This document shows, in pieces, positions 58,098 through 64,000 of a DNA stretch of 64,000 bases. Numbering within the stretch: the stretch's first letter is position 1; each line of letters starts with the position of its first letter. Source of the DNA: Octopus vulgaris (taxonomy: Eukaryota); contig OX597830.1 in assembly GCA_951406725.2 (NCBI GenBank), forward strand, positions 74,400,001 to 74,464,000, given 5' to 3'. The notes below the pieces were generated by a model that saw nothing but the letters and a program-made list of their open reading frames with translations, had not been told where the DNA came from and searched no databases. The translations under genes were made by a program, and so were the position numbers.

Positions 58098-58275
58098 TAG
58101 GCGTAGGAGTGGCTGTGTGGTAAGTAGCTTGCTTACGAACTACATGGTTCCGGGTTCAGTCCCACTGCGTGGCACCTTGGGCAAGTGTCTTCTACTATAG
58201 CCTCGGGCCGACCAAAGCCTTGTGAGTGGATTTGGTAGACAGAAACTGAAAGAAACCTGTCGTATATATGTATAT
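58098..58275 (+). mobile_element. SINE family 3, truncated at its internal (TA)n
   Basis: Near-identical to 51426-51600. Confidence 0.9.
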
Positions 58276-58714
58276 AGGATCAGCCGCAGGAATAAGACGC
58301 ATTCTTGTCTCTATCCTGCCAGAGCTTGTTCCTCCGCGTTCTCCGCCTTGTCTCGTTTAGGCCTAACAGCTCTTCTTGTTTGTTTTTACCGTCCTGTTTT
58401 CGTTACCAACTTTGACCCACCATAAAATCCCAAATTTTACTTAATTTGCTTTCCGGGAGGAACTATTTTGTTGAAGACGTATCTTGTCATGAATTGCACG
58501 AAATAAGTAGGAAAACAGCCGACAACTAATGAAGGGTCGTTGCTTATTTTATGTTGCTTGTCTTCTTTTCCATTTGTCTTTTCGTTATTCGCAAAAAAGT
58601 TCTTATTCCATGTTTTCGTATTTCGTATTTCATGTTGTTTACGTTCTGTGATTTCCTGTGCCCATATATGCATATATATGTAAGTATGTACGTATATGTA
58701 TGTATATATGCATA

Positions 58715-58771
<57 letters not shown>

Positions 58772-58951
58772 TATTTTATTATTGCGAAGTATATTTGCCA
58801 CTTAAATGTGGCTAACCCTTAAGGGTGGATGCTACTGTTGCTTGTAGCCCCAGGAGGACACCTCCTCCAGCTGGCTATTGACACACTGTCTGTGCCCTAT
58901 CAGTATTTGCAAAGGGAAGCCATCCTTCCCATCTTCAATCTAACATGATAC

Positions 58952-58994
58952 ACACGGACTCGAGTTTCTGGGTATTGACCCGTCATCACCGTGT
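58952..58994 (-). ncRNA. Minimal hammerhead-like motif (GUC site, one core mismatch) inside a GC-richer repeat at ~58805-59420
   Basis: Minus strand: acacg GTGATGA cgggt-caat-accca GAAA ctcgag T C cgtgt. Confidence 0.6.
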
Positions 58995-59484
58995 AACAAT
59001 TACCGATTGTCGATAAAAAGTGGGAATGACGGGATCTCTGGAATGAAGATATCCTCACTCTTACAGTTCCACTCATAATTATTTCCCCTCAGACATGGGG
59101 TCGCATTCGCATTCAACACCAGTCTGGTGCCATTGCACAGACAAGTTGGAACCAGATTCCTGAGCAGCATGTTTGGGGCGCCCTTTTAAGTGTTAAGTGG
59201 TGAGGTAGCATCCCAGATGGCTGTAGATAGTTCAGAAACTCAGTTGGAAAAACTAGAGCTTGGGCCAAATCAATGCCAGTGTCGAGGGATTTGAAAGACT
59301 GCTCTTGCCCGGGTGACAGTGCAAGCCATCCCTGATGATTCTGTTGACAGCATCATTACGTGGAGCTAAGATGGCTCGCTCACAGAGCCATTGACTGTTG
59401 CTAAAATGTTGTGCAATTTTTGGTCAGCACATGTATTATGAGTTCATTGATAGTTGGTACTGCTTCACCACAGGCCCCTTTCTA

Positions 59485-60605
59485 CCGATTTTGGATGATG
59501 GTAACTTTCAGAAAAATGGATATATTTTAATAGAATTTTCAACGAAAATGTGTTATATCACGTGTATTCCGAATATACAAAATGTAGGCGAGGATTTTCG
59601 GAAAATTCACAGGTTTCCACTTCAATTCGTCTTAACTTTCAGGAAAAGGAATATATTTTAATAAAATTGTCTACAAATATACCTCGGACTATGAGGATTC
59701 CAAGCATATAGGAATTTTGGGAGAAAATTCAAAAGTTAAAGAGTGGGTGTATTAAAAAGCCTAAAAGAGGAGTTTTTTGCTTATTCAGAATCTCCGTTGG
59801 AGTCAAGGTCAGAAACCGTAGGAAAAAAAATGCTTTTTCTCAGTGTCCTCTCACACGCACACACACACGCACACACACATACATATATATATAATGAAAA
59901 ATTCTAAACGGGGAATTATTCCTTTCAGTATCATGTTTATTATAGAGATTATGTAACAAATTATACTTTACACTTCTATGCTTAACTGTGCGTGTATATT
60001 CCCCATTTTTACTGGTTCTTCTGACTTTCTATTTACTTAAAGTGAAAATAAAATCATATGCAACAGACAAGTCGTCTTTATGACATATATCTCTGTACAA
60101 GACATTTGGCTGTTAGTTTTAGCTTGAGTTTTCTGGTGAGGGCTTCATTTGCCATCATTGCCTGTTGCTTCAGTAGAAATTCACAGATCCACAAACGCAC
60201 AAAATAGAGAAAATGTAACAAATATCGACGAATTGTTCCAAAACACCCGACTAGGGAACAATTCTCCGAAATAACCTCCCAAAATTCCTACATGCTCGGA
60301 ATCTACAAAGTCCGAGTTATATTTGTAGACAATTTCATTTAAAAATATCTATTTTCCTGAAAGTTAAGATGATTTGAAGTGGACTCCGGTGAATTTTCCG
60401 AATACCCTCTCCAATCCCACCCATCCTAAAACACTTTCCTCCCAAAATTTTGTATATTTAGAATCTACATGATATAACACATATTCGTAGGAAATTTCAT
60501 TAAAAAATATCCATTTTTCTGAAAGTTATCACGTTCCAAATTCGTAGAAAATTTCATTAAAAAATATCCATTTTTCTGAAAGTTATCACGTTCCAAATTC
60601 GTGTG
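59485..60605. mobile_element. Foldback/long-TIR non-autonomous element with ~250-330 bp imperfect inverted arms
   Basis: 59485-59730 is the reverse complement of ~60275-60540 (e.g. taactttcagaaaaatggatat / atatccatttttctgaaagtta). 57 bp tandem duplication at 60483-60602. Confidence 0.75.
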
Positions 60606-61386
60606 GGGGCGGGCAGAAATTTGTAGTTATGCCCTGCTGATAATTGATCAATTAAATGAAATCTCCGTATGAACATTTATTTCTCTCACACATACAGTCA
60701 CATGGGTAAATATCTTACACAATTAGAAAGCCGGAGAAGAATATTAAAAAATGAAAGTAACTTTAGAACTTCTTTTTTATCTGAAATAGTCACAGCTGTA
60801 ATGATGTATACATACTTGTGTGTGTGTAAATAGCTGGTTACTTAGTTACTATGTTGACATTGAAAAAACAGTTAAGTGAAAGTGTTAATAAGTCGATTTG
60901 CGCCAAGAATAATCACATGAGATTTAAATGTGAAATATGAAGTCTCAATAAGGCGAATTGTTCCAAAAATGTCCGAAATATGTATTGGAAAAATCAATGT
61001 ACAATATATAGTACCCCATTTAATTAATTGAGAAAAAGGTGTCTATCTCCATATGGAATTTTTTTTCTGACATGAAAGTACATTTAGAAATACTTTTTTT
61101 TTTTTGTCATCAGAAATCGCCACAACTGTAATGATGTATACATACGAGTGTGTGTGTGAAAATAGCTAGTTAGGACGCCAAAGACAGGAAGTTCAAACAC
61201 AGGAAGTTAAGAAAACGATTTGAAGAAGTGAATCATTATATACAGAGCAATTATATTATTTATTGTTGATTAAAAAAAATAAATATATCAAGGCCAAATT
61301 ATTCATGTACCCCAAGTATGGTACATATTGATCCAGAGGTTTGAGCGTGCATTGACAGGGTATTTTATGTGTTAAGATGCGCCTTG

Positions 61387-61618
61387 AAGGCGGCGAGCTG
61401 ACAGAAACGTTAGCACGCTGGACGAAATGCCTAGCGGTATTCTGGCTGCCGTTACGTTCTGAGTTCAAATTCCGCCGAGGTCGACTTTGCCTTTCACCCT
61501 TTCGGGGTCGATAAATTAAGTACCAGTTGCGCACTGGGGTCGATCTAATCGACTTAATCCCTTTGTCTGTCATTGTTTGACCCCCTCTGTGTTTAACCCC
61601 TTGTAGGCAATAAAGAAA
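61387..61618 (+). mobile_element. SINE family 2 monomer with 14 bp TSD
   Basis: taagatgcgccttg at 61373-61386 and 61619-61632. Confidence 0.93.
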
Positions 61619-62449
61619 TAAGATGCGCCTTGCTATGCGTCTTGTCGCTCGGTCAGTAGGAATGTTATCTTGCACAAGGTGCTAAAAGATTTGGATACAG
61701 TTGATCAAGTGTATCCGTTCCTTTACTACGGCGATAGGACAAAAACCGATGATTGGTTTTCTTAATCATTCAGATTGTATAAACCAAGTACCAGTTATAT
61801 ATTGGCTGATTTAATCGATTGCACCTACTCCCTGAAATGCTTTCGGTTTGATTCGCTGTGGTTTTGTCAGTTACCAAATTCTTACTTGCAACATAATATA
61901 TTTTTTGGTGATTTCAAATTAAAGCTTGCTCTAAAATTCCCGTAAGTAATATCTATTATAATATGTACAATACATTTTGACACAGTCGTTCAGTCTTTCA
62001 AAGAAAGATGTAGAGAAAGAGGCTGAGACCTTTCTAGGCTATTGTCGTCGGCAACAATAAAAGCAATACAGGGTATTACAAACATCAGGAGAATGTCTGC
62101 CTCTATGGCGCCAGACTAACAGTGTGTGGGAGTGGGGTGGAGGGAAATTTTGAGAGGGAAAGATTGAGAGCAGAAAAAGAATGAGAAAGAAGAAGAGAGA
62201 TAGACGGAGAGGGAGAGAAGGAAGGAGAGAGAGGAAGAGAGAAAAGGAGACTGATATGTAGTCTGAGAAAATGTATGTGAATTTGCTAATATGTGGTTGT
62301 GAGTATATATTTGTGCGTGTGTATATATATGTATATATACATAGTTATATATATACAAATATATATTTGTGCGTGTGTATATATATGTATATATACAAAG
62401 ATATATATACATTGTGTAAATATATATACAAATATATATATATATATAT

Positions 62450-62490
<41 letters not shown>

Positions 62491-62545
62491 AATGTATATA
62501 TATATACACAATGTATATATATATATATATATATATATACACTAC

Positions 62546-62593
<48 letters not shown>

Positions 62594-63173
62594 ATGTATG
62601 TATGTATATGTGTATACTCACACTTGTATACACACATATGAGTGCATATATGCATGTGTGTACGTATGCACTGTGAATGCGGCAGTGTGTTATTTTCTAT
62701 AGTAAAACATGGTTTAAGGTAGAAAGACTAGTTTTGCTGCTTATTTAATTGATATTCAATAGCAATATATTACGTTGTGTGAGCGATATCTAGGTCTGAT
62801 GAAATGGTCTGCTTGCAGAAGGTGGAACTCAAGAATTTGGCTTCAGATTACCACTTTGGGGATATAGATAACATCAGCTGAGAGAACTAGTATTACCAGT
62901 GAAGTTGGGAGTAGCTGTTTTCATGTGTATGTTTCAGTGTGTGTGTGTAGATATATGTATATATATATATATACGAGAGAGAGAGGTAGTATAGAAACTG
63001 TGTATTATATTAATGTGAGTTACAGAGAGCTTTCGACCGATAGATTGGTGGAATTTATATGTGTATGTAGATATACATAAGTGTGTGTGTGAATATTTCT
63101 GCATGTATATATGGGTATGTATATATATATGTGTGTGTGTGTATGTGTGTGTGTATGTGTGTGTGTATATATT

Positions 63174-63210
<37 letters not shown>

Positions 63211-63244
63211 GTATATGTGTATGTATATATATGTGTATGTGTGA

Positions 63245-63294
<50 letters not shown>

Positions 63295-63296
<2 letters not shown>

Positions 63297-63497
63297 CGGG
63301 AAGGTTTACGAAAATAAACAAAAGACGAAGGCAGGTGGAGTACAAACAAAAAATGTATCAGTATGGCGCTCAGGAATAGAAATAGAACAAGTCTTTTACG
63401 TTTCGAGCCTACGCTCTTCGACAGAAAGATACACAGAAAAAAACAAGGAGAGAAAAAAGGAGAGAAAAAAATGCGTGTAGGAGCTAACGATCTATCA
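63295..63497 (-). mobile_element. Penelope-like pLTR-type repeat with a hammerhead-like motif at 63392-63429
   Basis: Same family as 8449-8840. Minus strand: tcttt CTGTCGAA gagc-gtag-gctc GAAA cg T A aaaga. Confidence 0.6.
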
Positions 63498-63499
63498 TG

Positions 63500-63571
<72 letters not shown>

Positions 63572-63574
<3 letters not shown>

Positions 63575-64000
63575 AAACTCTACTCTCTCCTGCGCAGCCG
63601 CGAGCGGTACATCATTTGTACGATGTGGAGAATATACCGCCAGCATTGCCCAAACGACCTGAAAATTAGTTTCAAGGTTCATCCAAGGCTGGGACCACGG
63701 CCTATACGTCTCCTGCTCAATTCAGGATCACACCATATAGGTACACTGCGACACAATTTCTTTTCCTCAACATGCCCTATCCCATCACCTTTAAACGGAG
63801 TCTGGACAGATTTTTTTCAAGGAATACCGGATAACCCACCTATACGTGGATGCAACTCACTCAACACGAACTCACTACTTGAATGGATCATAAACGAAAC
63901 TTAACTTAAACTAGATTTAGATAATCCTATCAGGTGGTGCTATTAAGTTAGACATGGCCTGGACGAATCTTTGGTCGAAATATATCTAAGTTTATCTAAG
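63572..64000 (+). mobile_element. CR1-like LINE 3' end
   Basis: LKLYSLLRSRERYIICTMWRI..HPRLG..IPDNP..NSLLEWI. Shares its UTR and tail with 50320-50605. Confidence 0.75.

Noticed and set aside
58465-58545. Hammerhead motif in the 27650/58440 repeat family (and at 49480-49545)
   Set aside because: Core-like words (ttgaaga, ctgatga, gaaa) are present but I could not form consistent stems I-III.

Overview
AT-rich, microsatellite-saturated, repeat-dense eukaryotic DNA with no supportable host gene. The SINE repertoire (tRNA-headed CORE-type and Meta-type SINEs) and the (TA)n/(TAA)n/(GATA)n density point to an octopus/cephalopod intergenic or intronic region; this is my inference, not a search result. 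Almost all ORFs in the track are microsatellite artefacts. The recognisable content is decayed transposons: two R4/Dong-clade LINE fragments, RTE, CR1-like and Tx1/L1-like fragments, Penelope-like pieces, mariner and DUF4817-type Tc1/mariner remnants, piggyBac-, Merlin- and hAT-like non-autonomous elements, and a ~4.3 kb satellite of ~52 bp units with higher-order repeats. The most interesting signals are: (1) minimal type-I hammerhead-ribozyme-like motifs with palindromic stem III in four different repeats, including a natural-looking C3-G8 to G3-C8 core swap at 55926-55980; (2) an abundant SINE whose last ~50 bp match the 3' end of a Tx1/L1-like LINE in the same window, and which forms head-to-tail multimers that always rejoin at the same internal site; (3) the satellite sitting inside a CR1 LINE inside a hAT-like element, each unit carrying STAT/ETS/kappaB-like words; (4) an orphan CpG-rich 330 bp island. 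All coordinates and alignments were read by eye.
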